Shown in pieces: positions 38,063 through 51,600 of a DNA stretch of 64,000 nt (position 1 is the first letter of the stretch; each line of letters starts with the position of its first letter). The notes below the pieces were generated by a model. It ran no database searches. It saw only the letters and a program-made list of their open reading frames with translations, and had not been told where the DNA came from. The translations under genes and the position numbers were made by a program. This DNA comes from Atractiella rhizophila (Eukaryota): NCBI GenBank assembly GCA_021432655.1, contig MU271272.1, positions 1 to 64,000 of the forward strand, written 5' to 3'.

Positions 38063-40100
38063 CTATGACACAACAGAAATGATATGGATGGGTTCACCCG
38101 AATTCGCCTGCTCTTTCTCTTCCACGCTGAAACCTTCCTCATCCTCCGTATCTCCATCGTCTGTCTCGCTCCAGTGACTCTGCAAATTATACATATCATT
38201 CAGTTGGGCATTCAAACCCAGGTCGGGCAGAACAAGGTTCGGCTTTCCCATTCTCCTAGCAAAGATGGTGGTTGAAGGAGAGTCTCTCTGATCTTCTGTC
38301 CCATTGGAACTATTAACGGCGGTTACTTCCGAAGAAGCTACAGAGCTCTTGCGGTAACTATCCCGAGCTAGAGCAGAGGAAGCAGCAATCGATCCTTGGT
38401 TCGTTTCGCTCTCACTTTCGATCCCGAACGATGTCCCAAGAACTTTCGTATATCCATCCCAAGAGACCGCCCTCTCCTCCGTGTTGGGGACAACCAAGTT
38501 TCCGAAAGCAACGGAGTTGACGGAGTCAGACTCAGGAGTTTGGAAGTTTAAGACGTTTTCGATCGCCTTTTCCCCTGCTGATTTCTCTTCCTCCCCGTCC
38601 TGAGCTCCCGCCGCGTAAGACCCAACGTAGATACCATGTCGAGGGCTCTTCTGTGGACTGGAAAACAAGATTGGTTCGTCGCCTTCCTCTTCACTTCCTT
38701 CTCTGCTCATCCTTTGCCTATACGTTTCTGCGAGAGCCAAATACGAGTCTCTCTTGCTCCCCGTCGAGCTGCTGACCCTTTGAGGATAATAACTCGACGC
38801 AAGCCCTCTTCTCATTCGTGGGGTCATAGGAACAGAAGGAGGGGTCTCGTATGGCCTATTATCGTTGGGCGACTTCCAGAAGGCTAAATTCTCGGGAGTT
38901 CGCGGTGGAGAAGAGAGAGGAGAGTCTCTCGGAGGTGACGGAGGGACGTGGACTGGGACGACATTCACAGTAGGATTCCGTCTGGCCGCCAATCCCAGGG
39001 CAGGAGGACAGTTAGCTTTACGTTCTCGAAGTTTCAGGACGAAGCTGGTGTACTGCTTCCCATCCTCAGCCAATCTCTTCTCCTTCACAACTTCAAATTC
39101 ACAGTCCTCCTCCATCCCATCCTCTACTCTGAACTCAATCCCCTCCGGTCCCAAAGATTGAGTTGACCTCTCCCCGATGGGGAATAGGACTGGAGTGAAT
39201 GAGAGAGGCGATGGGGATGGCAGTGGAGATGGGAGCGTCACGGGTGACGGAGATGTCCCGTCCTGACTGGAAAAGTGCCTGCCGTTAGCCATAAAGGGAG
39301 AGGCCAATGCTTTCGCCAGAGGGATAGTGCTGAGGTTGGCGCGAGCTGATGAAGAGCGTTGGCGTGAGGAGTGACGCGGAGGAGGCATCGTCAATTTATT
39401 GCCGCGCGGTGGATTAGGAAAGGTATGCGCATTGGGGTGAGATACGCTGGAGATCTTGGAAGCCTGAGCTGGTTTCGTCTGGTCAGCACGTCCGCTTATA
39501 TGCAATTGAGGGAAAAGATTGACGGACTCCTTCTATTGAGTAACAGATCATCAGAGGAACTTGGTCTCTTTAAAAGCGGAGGTCGTCTCGTAGACTTCGG
39601 GGGTTGTTTGTAAACCCATTCGAAAGAAGCTGGCAGATCGGCATTCGATTCATGTTCCTTCTGTCTTGAACCGATGATTCGTCCGTTTTCCGACTCGCTC
39701 CTCGTCCTTTTCGACTTCGGATGGAAATTCGTCGACTACAATACAACAAGAAACTTAATTGAGCCCCACTCAAGGAGAATGGAGATGAAAGGCATACCTT
39801 AACATGATCCAACTTCTTGCTGCCAGACTCGCTGCCCAAAAGCCTGACGAGTTTAGAGCTTGAACCTTGAACATGAAACTGAGGGTTTGAAAGCTTAAGT
39901 GGAGCAGGACGAGGTTTTCCCAGCTTCTTCGGCGAGGTGGGAAGAGAAGAGAGAATTGGAGTCGACTCGAAAGGTTTGGCGTTGGAGGGGCGATTCTGAT
40001 TTGAGGCCAGTGGTTCGTCCGATTCTGTCGTTACTCTGTTTGTGGAATGGGAGATGTTGGAAGAGTTAAGGATTTGCTTGACCGCCGAGAGTGCTGTCAT
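38063..40100 (-). CDS. Hypothetical S/P-rich protein
   Basis: ORFs 39570..40100 and 38063..39505 with intervening splice signals; no recognisable domain. Confidence 0.6.
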
Positions 40101-42648
40101 ATTGAAATTATGCAGCGATGAGGAAGATTATTGGAAGAATACTACAGATTCGAAATAGTAAATAAGCGTATCGAAGAAAGGGATGAACAGATAAACATCG
40201 ATATTATAAAGCGCTGAACGAAGTTGGTGGAAGAGGGAAAGCCTGGTGAGCGTTGTCCCTACTTTTTATACAACAAAGTTCTCTAAAATGAGTGAGACCT
40301 CCCGTTGACCTTTCCCACGTCGCGTCATGCGATTCTCCAGGACGAGAAGAATGTCTCGGAACCAACCTCGCGCGTAACTTCGCGCGTCATGCATTGACCG
40401 CGACGAACTTTCAAGGGATGAAAAGACCAAGGTAATTAAGAGCGTAAGTAGGCGTGCCAACGTTTCGTTGGGCCCGTTTCTGAGAAGCTAAAATAACGAA
40501 TTGGGGAACGAGAACCACGAACACGAGATACGTAATGCCCGTTTTTATGATGAGATTAGTATCGCGTCCTCGCCTTTAGTGGTGTTAGGCTCGGGAAAAA
40601 AGGCATAGGCGGTTCTAGATGAGGCTGATCATCGATCAGCTCTCAGCCTCTCATATCAGTGGAGGAGAGCCGTGGAAACGATTGATTGAGAAACACATGT
40701 CCACAGGTGTTAAGACGCAAGAAACTGCCAAAGGTTAGCATGCTCAGTAGCATCAGAAGGACATCAATATATCAATAATCCTTTACTGTAATTGATAGTC
40801 AGTAAAGTGAGAAATACGTTCCAAGGGACATTGGGACAGATTGGGGGAATGGAGGAGCGATCAAAGCGAGCACTTCGGCTGGATATGTTTGCGCAAAGAT
40901 GAATGCTGGTTGTAAGAAACACCAGAAGAGTCACTAGATATCCAGACGGAAGGCAGCCATGGCGCGTTGAGGATTGAGAAGTTTATTAAACATCAAATGT
41001 TTCGGTCCCGGAAATGTCCTTTTTTGGAGCCGAACTTTGTCGTCAATTCAATCATTAAGTATGGAGGTCCATGTTTAGGGGCATGACAGGATAAAAATAA
41101 TATATGGTTTGCGCCATTGCCTACAGATGGACAAATGCAGTGTGTGCTCAATCTCATCTAAAATTTCACGATTCAAGTGGCTTGTCCAGCCACTGTTTGA
41201 CTACTTTTGAACGTTGTAAACTTTTGAGTAAATCAGCAACATCACTAAATCTGTGAGATATAATCAACTGCTCAGAAAACCTGGGATCTTGTTGTTCTTG
41301 TATCCTGACTTGCGTTTAGTGAGCTAGTTATTTTCGCCGCTAGGCTTATCAGCTTGCAAACTAAACATTCTGTTGTTGGGACATAGCTCACACCACTCTC
41401 ATCCGATATTCCTATCATCTGCATTTCGCACGAGATTACCTGAATCTCTGAATAAGCACTTTGAATGTGTGCTTCTTTGAAGGGATAGATTGGACTAGTA
41501 AAGGTCTTCCTGCTAATTCAAATCAAGTACTAATGAAATAATGTAGAATCTATGATTTTCGCTTTCTCGTTTAGTCTCAGACTTGTGGCATGTACCCTTT
41601 GAGCAGTAATTGCCTCTTTTTGCAGACGTTCAAGCACTAGCATGATCTTGATGCTAGCATTTGCCAAAATGTCCATTGAGGATCACGGAGACCGTAATGA
41701 GAAGGTCTCCCACGGATATCGATGGAACTTACTCAGTTCAGCGTTTGTTACCCAGGCTGTTATGATAGCGACCGGTTATCCAGACTAGATGCATCCATGG
41801 TCAACCCTGTACCTTATTCTCTTTGTCTGGTTGTGCGAATCTGTATCCGCCTTGTGCTGGGTCCTTAATGAGGTTGTAAGGGAGTTGATGTCAAAGTGAG
41901 CAGAGTTGCGGAGAACGCCACGATATCTCCTCGTCCAAAAGTTCCCATCGGTACACAATTTGGCTTTATCGAAAATAGCTGCACAAGGTGTTAAGAAAAC
42001 ATCCGATGGTAGGTGTACTTCAGACTTCTTCCTATTCATTTGGTAACAGAGAGTAAACTGCCAAAAAGGGTGATTATATAGTACTCATTTGTACGCACCG
42101 AAAAAACGGCAGCTTTGGTGCTTGACTCGATTGTTGCTCGTAAGGATCGAGGATTCAACTCATGGCCCTGTTGCCGCGCGAGTATCGGCTGCCTCTTTTT
42201 TACTGCAAAGAGTTTTAGATGGTAGACCCTTAAGCAATCGGGCGCCGGTCTCCACGGCGTGCGTTCTACGCTTGCGAGCGCAGCTACTAGGACAAGCTCA
42301 AGAAACGGAAGGTGGTCGAAAACACGTCGAATACATCGACGCTAGCAGTCTCTTTGCCTGAGTTTCAATTGACGTTTCAGAGGTGGAACCTATTCGACCT
42401 TTGATACCGTGGAAGCTCTCCACTCATACCGCGTATACTGTAGGAACATGACTTCGGTCTTGGTGTACACAGGCGGAGCGTCACAGAAGGTGAAACTCTG
42501 AGGTGTCCGACGTGCGCGGATATGGAAGAGATTGCATATAAGCAGGAACGGGATGTCGCGAAGATCCCTCATCCTTTCACTTCCTTTCTTCCACCCTCAC
42601 GTTTCCTTTTTCGATATTTAAGTTTGTCGAAGGACAAATTAGAACAAA

Positions 42649-44279
42649 ATGTTAACCCTCCTGGCCTTCACTCTTTTAGCTCACGAAGCACAAGCCCATG
42701 TTGCCCCGTTGGTCTCCCATTTACTTTTATCCACTCTGATGTTGATGTTATGCTTGACAGGTGGGGTTCAGGGATGTTCTGTAAGAACGGCATTGCTGGA
42801 GAAGATTCAAACAATGCGAATTCGATTGTCTCACCCATTGAACCTATCAATCAACTCGAATTCAGTACTTGGTGGATGCATCACCTCAATGGTTGCGACG
42901 AGTATCCCCCGCCTGAAGGTGCGCCTGTATGTTCTCATGTGCACACCACCCGCTTAACGGTCCGACAGGCGAATATCTAGAAGTATGTGTGATCAAGCAC
43001 CCCGATTATAGCTCATGACCGCCTCAGATTCCTGCCAACGGTTCTTTTACTGTTGAAATGGCTGTCAATAGGTGCGCTGCGCCGCTCCCCATCTAATGTT
43101 ATAATGTTAGTCATATTCAACTAGGGCGTTCACCACACTCTCATATGGAGGCTCAAACGCTGGCGAATACGTCAACGGAAAGACAGACCCTTCAACGTGG
43201 AAACGTAGCGATGAAGGTGCGTTATGACCTGTTCCGACTCAAAGTGGACTGATACAGCGTGTAGGTTGCATTGTCGATCCTAACAGTGCGCCTCCTCTAC
43301 CTTGATAACGTGCGTTGTTGATGCACCCTCCAAAGTCCACACCTTCAATGAATCCTTTGTCGGTGCGTGAATTGTGTGATCGCTTTACTCAAGACTTGAC
43401 CTAGTTAACAGCCGGAACTGCTTTTGCCATTTCTTATCACGTTAGTTTTTCTTCGGCCGCTGACTGAGTCTGAGCGATATGTGCTTCCAGTCAGATCTGA
43501 AGGATGTCACTCCAGAGAACTTAGTCGTGTTCACGACCATCAACAACACGCCGTTCAGACGCTTGGTCACTTACGAAGTTCCCGATCTACCCGCATGCCC
43601 ACCTGACGGGTGTATTTGTGCTGTTCGTAATCTCGTCAACTGTGCTCCATTTCTTTGTTGATGTTTTTTTGACAGTGGGGGTGGATTCCTGATGGGTAGG
43701 ATGCTCTAGCTAAGAACGCAGAAGTCTGACCTTCCCATCAGCTGCGGCAATCCGAATATGTACCAAACGTGAGTGGATTCATTGTCTATATGGGGGCTGA
43801 TGGGTCATGATCTCGTAGTCCTTGGAGGTGTAAAGTCACCGGTGCGACGTCAACCAAGAAGCTCGCTGTTGCAAAACCGCCAGTATGGTGTGAAGATGAA
43901 CCTGACAAGTGTGTTACTGGCAGCAAGCAGATGCTTTACGTACGCTCTACTTATTTCTTCTCTATAGTATTCATTGACTTCTCGATACTGTAGTGGCACA
44001 TGAAGGTAGACCTTTGAGCTACTTTAGGAATCTGTCCTCACGAGGAATTTCAGACTGGAAACAACATCGAAGTCGACGGCTTTCAACTCAATGGTCGTAA
44101 CAAGTCTCCAGCTTACAACACCAAGTGTGGTTTCACAGAAGGTAAGGCCAAAAACGAATTTGACTACCTGGGCTGATAGAGATTCAGGTGCGCAACACGA
44201 CATTTTTGAAAGCGTAACAAATACTTCGCGTCCTTCGAGCCATCGTGTGGTCAAGGTCCATAAGAACCATTCCAAATAG
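42649..44279 (+). CDS. Secreted AA14-family lytic polysaccharide monooxygenase, copy 1
   Basis: Signal peptide ending AQA then N-terminal His (HVAPWGSGM); WWMHH..DEYPP, IHT (second His), AFAISY, PACPPDGCICAWGWIP, NMYQ, GAQHDIF; 14 introns. Confidence 0.85.
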
Positions 44280-44524
44280 AATGATCACTGTCAATTGCCA
44301 TGTGGAGGGTTTCCTGGTTGACGCCCCAAATAAAGGAACAGCCCAGTTGTCTAGTACAATTGACGCTGAAAAGAGAGTCTTATCGAACCCTGAAAGATAG
44401 CGCTGCTGATGGTGGGACAAACAATCATGGCATAAGCATCTGCAAGAAAATAAGTCATACAACAGAACCGCATGCGAGGTGTCAGTTGCGAGAAAAGTAC
44501 AAAACACAACGAGCCTGGCCACTC

Positions 44525-45858
44525 CTATGAATCCTCCTCCTCACCCTCCGCTCCAATGTTGATTTCCTGTCCTTCCTCTTCGCCTTCATTCCCACCTCCT
44601 GGTCCGGCATTCAAGTCCTTGAAGACGCGAAGAGTGTCCAGTCCGCCCACCGTCTTAATGGTAGCGTCTTCGAGCATCTCCTTTCTAATTGCAAGCCCTT
44701 TTTCATTCGCAAGGTGCAGCAGACAAATGAAACAAAAACTGGTGCTGATATCGGAGAGTTTCTCGGTGGGATAAACCTTCTCGATCCCAGTCATGACTTT
44801 CTTAAAGGTCTCTCCGTCTTGCTTTTTCTCTTCCGCATCCTACTCTATAGGTCAGCTTCAGCAAGAGGAGAATATGATGAGAAATACGGCTATTAATCCC
44901 TCTTCAAGTTCTCTCCAAATTGTCTCCTTCAACTTGCGCACGTCCACACGTTTAGCTCGCTTGGTGTATCTGACGGCTTCAGGTCGCACCCGCTTGAGTT
45001 GGCCTTGGGTGGCAGCGAGTAAATCATCGTCCTCTGCAACGGCCATGGGGAAATCTCCAACTTCTTCCTCGAAATCGGCAGCAAGGTCGTCCTCGTCCTC
45101 AGCGAAAAATTGCGTGTTGAAGGGCAACGCTGGCATATCTTGATCTGTGTAAAGTGGAATCACCGAGAAGTCCTGATATAGTGCAAAACATACCATCGCC
45201 ATCTGGGACAGGATCTGGATTGGCAGCTTCTGCAGCGGCCTGTGCCCAATAGTGCTCGTCGACATCCTGTTGGTCTGCTCCATAATCAGCCTTCACCTCG
45301 CTGTCTCCGAAAACCATACCTTCTCCACCGACAGCAACACCTCCTCCGTGTCCACCTCCACCTCCACGCCGCCGCATTGTCAACATGACCCGGGGCTTGA
45401 GAAACATTCGTAACAGATCCGTAGATGAAAAGTGCATGTCATCCGGTAACGTATAGTCTTCCTTTTTCTTCTGCCCCTTTTTCCGTTTGGGAAGCGTGAT
45501 GGTTGCCTTTCCACTTGCGAACAACTCCTTCGTTGACACTTTGGCAGGCTCTGAGAAATCAATGATCTCCTTTTCTTTCGGTTGCCGCTTCCTTTTCCCT
45601 CCTGTGGAGTCGTCTGGTTGACGCATTAGTATCTTACATATCAATACGCAAAAAATGTACCTCTGTCCCCAGCAGTCTTTTTAGCTGCAGCAATGGCGCC
45701 AATTCTTCTCATCTTCCAATGTTCAGGACCAGCCCAATTCTTGACAAGATTCCGATCAAAGTAATCGAACATGTCGGCTTCGCCATCCTCTCCATCTTTG
45801 AGCGCCAACACGAGCTCCCTCTCGTTAGGCATCCTCCTCGGATCGAATGGTTCAATTG
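44525..45858 (-). pseudogene. 5'-truncated duplicate of condensin CAP-H
   Basis: Near-identical to 48648-49979; lacks the promoter and N-terminal half; its upstream end abuts the FIT fragment out of frame. Confidence 0.85.
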
Positions 45859-46200
45859 AGTTTGACCTTCTTCGGAAGGGATGGTGATGGAAGCGGAGGA
45901 GAGGGAGGAGGGCACACATTCTCCACCGGTTGCGACGATGATACGATCAAAGATGGACGGACCTAGGAGAGGCAGTTTCTGCGTCATGAAGTACCACACC
46001 GCCGTCGCGATCGCATAAGCTCTCCCATAAGCGCTTCCTCTCAAACTAAAACCTTTAGGGTCCGTGATAGCCTTTGAAAGCACGAGAGCGATGAAAGCGG
46101 TGGTGGTCCAGAACCAAGAGAATTTGACGAGGTAAGCGTTGAATGGATTCGTCTTATCCTGCCACCACACCAATCCGAAAGGATTGTTTCGAGACGGCAG
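45859..46200 (-). pseudogene. Internal fragment of a FIT/Scs3 (fat storage-inducing transmembrane) gene
   Basis: QDKTNPFNAYLVKFSWFWTT, YAIATAVWYFMTQ..LGPSIFDRIIVATGGEC; no N-terminal transmembrane segment or C-terminal half; upstream boundary approximate. Confidence 0.7.
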
Positions 46201-46337
46201 TGGCTTTCTGTACATAGCAAACGTAATTGTTTTTGACGCTCGTTTTGATTACGTTATCTGTTTAACATTAAACATGCATCAATCACTTTCATGGTCAGAA
46301 CAATTGGCCCTCATGCTTGTGAACGCTGGCGGCACGC

Positions 46338-46548
46338 TCATTCCTCAAAAGGGCGGATGACAAGCTTGATTCCGCTCACTTCCTTCTTCTTGTATCGCTC
46401 AAGCCCATTGGATACGGCGCTAAGACCACCAGGAAGAACTTCATATCGCGCACCCTATATCTCGCATTAAATTGCTTGCGTACTTTGGCAGAGAGTACGG
46501 ACCACTAGGATTCTGTCCTTCAACAACTCTGGAAGTCGCTGTAAAGCG
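46338..46548 (-). pseudogene. 3' terminal fragment of an MDR/enoyl-reductase-like oxidoreductase gene
   Basis: LQRLPELLKDRILV | intron 46455-46502 | GARYEVLPGGLSAVSNGLERYKKKEVSGIKLVIRPFEE*, resembling the ToxD-like MDR C-terminus. Confidence 0.65.
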
Positions 46549-46775
46549 ACTCATACCGCGTATACTGTAGGAACATGACTTCGGTCTTGGTGTACACAGG
46601 CGGAACGTCACAGAAGGTGAAACTCTGAGGTGTCCGACGTGCGCGGATATGGAAGAGATTGCATATAAGCAGGAACGGGATGTCGCGAAGATCCCTCATC
46701 CTTTCACTTCCTTTCTTCCACCCTCACGTTTCCTTTTTCGATATTTAAGTTTGTCGAAGGACAAATTGAAACAAA

Positions 46776-48401
46776 ATGTTAACCCTCCTGGCCTTCACTC
46801 TTTTAGCTCACGAAGCACAAGCCCATGTTGCCCCGTTAGTCTCCCATTCACTTTTGTCCACTCTGATGTTGATGTTATGCTTGACAGGTGGGGTTCAGGG
46901 ATGTTCTGTAAGAACGGCATTGCTGGAGAAGATTCAAACAATGCGAATTCGATTGTCTCACCCATTGAACCTATCAACCAACTCGAATTCAGTACTTGGT
47001 GGATGCATCACCTCAATGGCTGCGACGAGTATCCCCCGCCTGAAGGTGCGCCTGTATGTTCTCATGTGCACACCACCCGCTTAACGGTCCGACAGGCGAA
47101 TATCTAGAAGTATGTGTGATCAAGCACCCCGATTATAGCTCATGACCGCCTCAGATTCCTGCCAACGGTTCTTTTACTGTTGAAATGGCTGTCAATAGGT
47201 GCGCTGCGCCTCTCCCTATCTACTGTTAGTCATATTCAACTAGGGCGTTCACCACACTCTCATATGGAGGCTCAAACGCTGGCGAATACGTCAACGGAAA
47301 GACAGACCCTTCAACGTGGAAACGTAGTGATGAAGGTGCGTTAAGACCTCTTCCGACTCACTGGGGACTGACACAGCGTGTAGGTTGCATTGTCGATCCT
47401 AACAGTGCGCCTCCTCTACCTTGATAACATGGGTTGTTGATGCATCCTCCAAAGTCCACACCTTCAATGAATCCTTTGTCGGTGCGTGAATTGTGTGATC
47501 TCTTTACTCAAGACTTGACGGCTTAGTTAACAGCCGGAACTGCTTTTGCCATTTCTTATCACGTTAGTTTTTCTTCGGCCGCTGACTGAGTCTGAGCGAT
47601 ATGTGCTTCCAGTCAGATCTGAAGGATGTCACTCCAGAGAACTTAGTCGTGTTCACGACCATCAACAACACGCCGTTCAGACGCTTGGTCACTTACGAAG
47701 TTCCCGATCTACCCGCATGCCCACCTGACGGGTGTATTTGTGCTGTTCGTAATCTCGTCAACTGTGCTCCATTTCTTTGTTGATGTTTTTTTGACAGTGG
47801 GGGTGGATTCCTGATGGGTAGGATGCTCTAGCTAAGAACGCAGAAGTCTGACCTTCCCATCAGCTGCGGCAATCCGAATATGTACCAAACGTGAGTGGAT
47901 TCATTGTCTATATGGGGGCTGATGGGTCATGATCTCGTAGTCCTTGGAGGTGTAAAGTCACCGGTGCGACGTCAACCAAGAAGCTCGCTGTTGCAAAACC
48001 GCCAGTATGGTGTGAAGATGAACCTGACAAGTGTGTTACTGGCAGCAAGCAGATGCTTTACGTACGCTCTACTTATTTCTTCTCTATAGTATTCATTGAC
48101 TTCTCGATACTGTAGTGGCACATGAAGGTAGACCTTTGAGCTACTTTAGGAATCTGTCCTCACGAGGAATTTCAGACTGGAAACAACATCGAAGTCGACG
48201 GCTTTCAACTCAATGGTCGTAACAAGTCTCCAGCTTACAACACCAAGTGTGGTTTCACAGAAGGTAAGGCGAAAAACGAATTTGACTACCTGGGCTGATA
48301 GAGATTCAGGTGCGCAACACGACATTTTTGAAAGCGTAACAAATACTTCGCGTCCTTCGAGCCATCGTGTGGTCAAGGTCCATAAGAACCATTCCAAATA
48401 G
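46776..48401 (+). CDS. Secreted AA14-family LPMO, copy 2
   Basis: Near-identical to 42649..44279 with splice sites retained; only about 230 bp of native upstream sequence. Confidence 0.8.
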
Positions 48402-48647
48402 AATGATCACTGTCAATTGCCATGTGGAGGGTTTCCTGGTTGATGCCCCAAATAAAGGAACAGCCCAGTTGTCTAGTACAATTGACGCTGAAAAGAGAGT
48501 CTTATCGAACCCTGAAAGATAGCGCTGCTGATGGTGGGACAAACAATCATGGCATAAGCATCTGCAAGAAAATAAGTCATACAACAGAACCGCATGCGAG
48601 GTGTCAGTTGCGAGAAAAGTACAAAACACAACGAGCCTGGCGACTCC

Positions 48648-51600
48648 CTATGAATCCTCCTCCTCACCCTCCGCTCCAATGTTGATTTCCTGTCCTTCCT
48701 CTTCGCCTTCATTCCCACCTCCTGGTCCTGCATTTAAGTCCTTGAAGACGCGAAGAGTGTCCAGTCCGCCCACCGTCTTGACGGTAGCGTCTTCGAGCAT
48801 CTCCTTTCTAATTGCAAGCCCTTTTTCATTCGCAAGGTGCAGCAGACAAATGAAACAAAAACTGGTGCTGATATCGGAGAGTTTCTCGGTGGGATAAACC
48901 TTCTCGATCCCAGTCATGACTTTCTTAAAGGTCTCTCCGTCTTGCTTTTTCTCTTCCGCATCCTACTCTATAGGTCAGCTTCAGCAAGAAGAGAATATGA
49001 TGAGAAATACGGCTATTAATCCCTCTTCAAGTTCTCTCCAAATTGTCTCCTTCAACTTACGCACGTCCACACGTTTAGCTCGCTTGGTGTATCTGACGGC
49101 TTCAGGTCGCACCCGCTTGAGTTGGCCTTGGGTGGCAGCGAGTAAATCATCGTCCTCTGCAACGGCCATGGGGAAATCTCCAACTTCTTCCTCGAAATCG
49201 GCAGCAAGGTCGTCCTCGTCCTCAGCGAAAAATTGCGTGTTGAAGGGCAACGCTGGCATATCTTGATCTGTGTAAAGTGGAATCACCGAGAAGTCCTGAT
49301 ATAGTGCAAAACATACCATCGCCATCTGGGACAGGATCTGGATTGGCAGCTTCTGCAGCGGCCTGTGCCCAATAGTGCTCGTCGACATCCTGTTGGTCTG
49401 CTCCATAATCAGCCTTCACCTCGCTGTCTCCGAAAACCATACCTTCTCCACCGACAGCAACACCTCCTCCGTGTCCACCTCCACCTCCACGCCGCCGCAT
49501 TGTCAACATGACCCGGGGCTTGAGAAACATTCGTAACAGATCCGTAGATGAAAAGTGCATGTCATCCGGTAACGTATAGTCTTCCTTTTTCTTCTGCCCT
49601 TTCTTCCGTTTGGGAAGCGTGATGGTTGCCTTTCCACTTGCGAACAACTCCTTCGTTGACACTTTGGCAGGCTCTGAGAAATCAATGACCTCCTTTTCTT
49701 TCGGTTGTCGCTTCCTTTTCCCTCCTGTGGAGTCGTCTGGTTGACGCATTAGTATTCATATCAATACGTGAAAAAATATACCTCTGTCACCAGCAGTCTT
49801 TTTAGCTGCAGCAATGGCGCCAATTCTTCTCATCTTCCAATGTTCAGGACCAGCCCAATTCTTGACAAGATTCCGATCAAAGTAATCGAACATGTCGGCT
49901 TCGCCATCCTCTCCATCTTTGAGCGCCAACACGAGCTCCCTCTCGTTAGGCATCCTCCTCGGATCAAATGGTTCAATTGGGCCTCCACCCCTACGAAACT
50001 CAGCAGGAGCTCCATCCATTCCTCCCTCCCCGCCATCGTCCGACCCCGGACCAGCCATATAGTCAAATTCTCCCCCCATGCCACCTCCATCGTCGAAATC
50101 ATCTCCATCCATCTCGCCAGGTTCGAAACGGCGAGTGGCATCGAAGAAATCTTGGACCGGTCCATCACCAAGTGCATCAGCGTCAGGGACCGGTGGGATT
50201 CCGTTCTCATTCTCGTCGTCACGTTGATGAGCTCCCGTTAGCCGACGGAAGAAGTTCAGGTCCATCGCGGCGTTGGAGGCTGTGAGTTTGAATTCGGAGA
50301 GGGAAGGGCAAATAAGCCGTTCACGAATCGAGGCGAGGTCGGGAAGGAATTTATCTGTTGGAGGCATCAATGGACGTGCAGTGTAAGAGAAGGCGAACAG
50401 ACCGCGAAGTTTGAAAACGTCAACGAGATCTCCCGCAGCCTCGTCTTCCTTCGTCTTTCGCGCTTCGTCGTCCATCTCGTCGTCTTCCTCGCTTACGGCA
50501 TCGCCAGCATCAAACACTACTCTAACCCGTCCATCGACTCCAAGCTAAATAGCCTCAGTCAATACTGATCCTCGAAAACAACCAAAAATGTTTACATGGT
50601 TCATGAGCAAGCCTCCTGCGCCGCCTTCATCGAAGTCCGCCGAAGTCTTCTTAAACAAAGGATCGACCTTAAATTCGAGATGCTCCTTTCCTTCTTTCAG
50701 TTTAAGTTTAGAGAAGTCATCCGCAAGCGTCGTTGTCGGTCGAACAGCCTTCCGCTTCTCTCTTTTCTGCCGGCCGTCATCTTCTGAGTCGCCACCCTCA
50801 TCTTCTCCTCCTCCTCGCCCTCCTCGGCTAGCAGGTTCTGTAGTATCCACCGCTGTGTTCAGTTTACCGAGTTCGACGACCATAGAGTCAACCCGAGATG
50901 TCCAGATCTTGACGCAGCTTCATGTACTTTATGTTAGACGTACAATATGAAGCAGGAGGGACTCACCCATCTAAGGTTGCTGATGCTTTGGCAAAGTTGA
51001 TCGAGCCGTCATTTTGACTCCGCAGAAGGGTCAAATTCCCATCTGCAAAGTAGTCGATGAGCGCAAGACTCCATGTATTGTTTGCGTTGATTTTCTAAAT
51101 CAGCATATACCATCCTTAACCCATGTCCCAGCGATTTCAAGGAAGGAAGACGCACATTGTCGGTAGCCATCTTTATCCATTCCTCATATTTCGTATTCAT
51201 AACCTCCCAGCTCACTTTTGCCGCTCCCTCGCCAAATCCTCCTCCTCCAGCAACATGTATATCATCCACGCTAACATCCTTCCTGATTCCTGCCCTCCTA
51301 AGAGCTGCAATTTTCGGTGTCCTAGGTCCAATATGTCCAGACGCCTGCCTGACAGGGGATGTAAGAGTTGGAGCAGAGACGGATTGAGCGATCGTCTGGT
51401 TGACATTGGAAAAAGAACGCTCAAGGCCTCCATGAGGCAACGAGACCCTCCCCTTCTTAAGCTGCTTCTTCCGCCTCGGCGTATCCTTGACAGACTCCTG
51501 CTCTGACCTGGACTGATCATCTTCCGAGTGGGAAGACGACAGCCGCCGCTTGCTTCCCTTTCCTTGGGGCTTCGTGACCGGGGCGCTCGAGTTTTCGCTG

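Larger units (their letters stand above)
42422..49979. repeat. Direct duplication of about 3.43 kb (42422-45858 / 46549-49979) separated by a 690-bp insert
   Basis: Near-identical copies, each containing the whole AA14 gene and the 3' part of CAP-H; small indels lie in introns. Confidence 0.95.

Noticed and set aside
40548..40628. Possible C/D-box snoRNA (ATGATGA...CTGA)
   Set aside because: No terminal stem or recognisable rRNA-complementary guide; the boxes alone are expected by chance.
45709..46215. ORF appearing to fuse FIT/Scs3 to condensin CAP-H
   Set aside because: The FIT frame enters the CAP-H copy out of frame and soon stops, so no functional chimeric protein is evident.
42422..49979. 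LTR retroelement or Helitron explanation for the long direct repeats
   Set aside because: The repeats consist of host genes. I saw no TG..CA ends, target-site duplication, or RT/transposase/helicase coding sequence.
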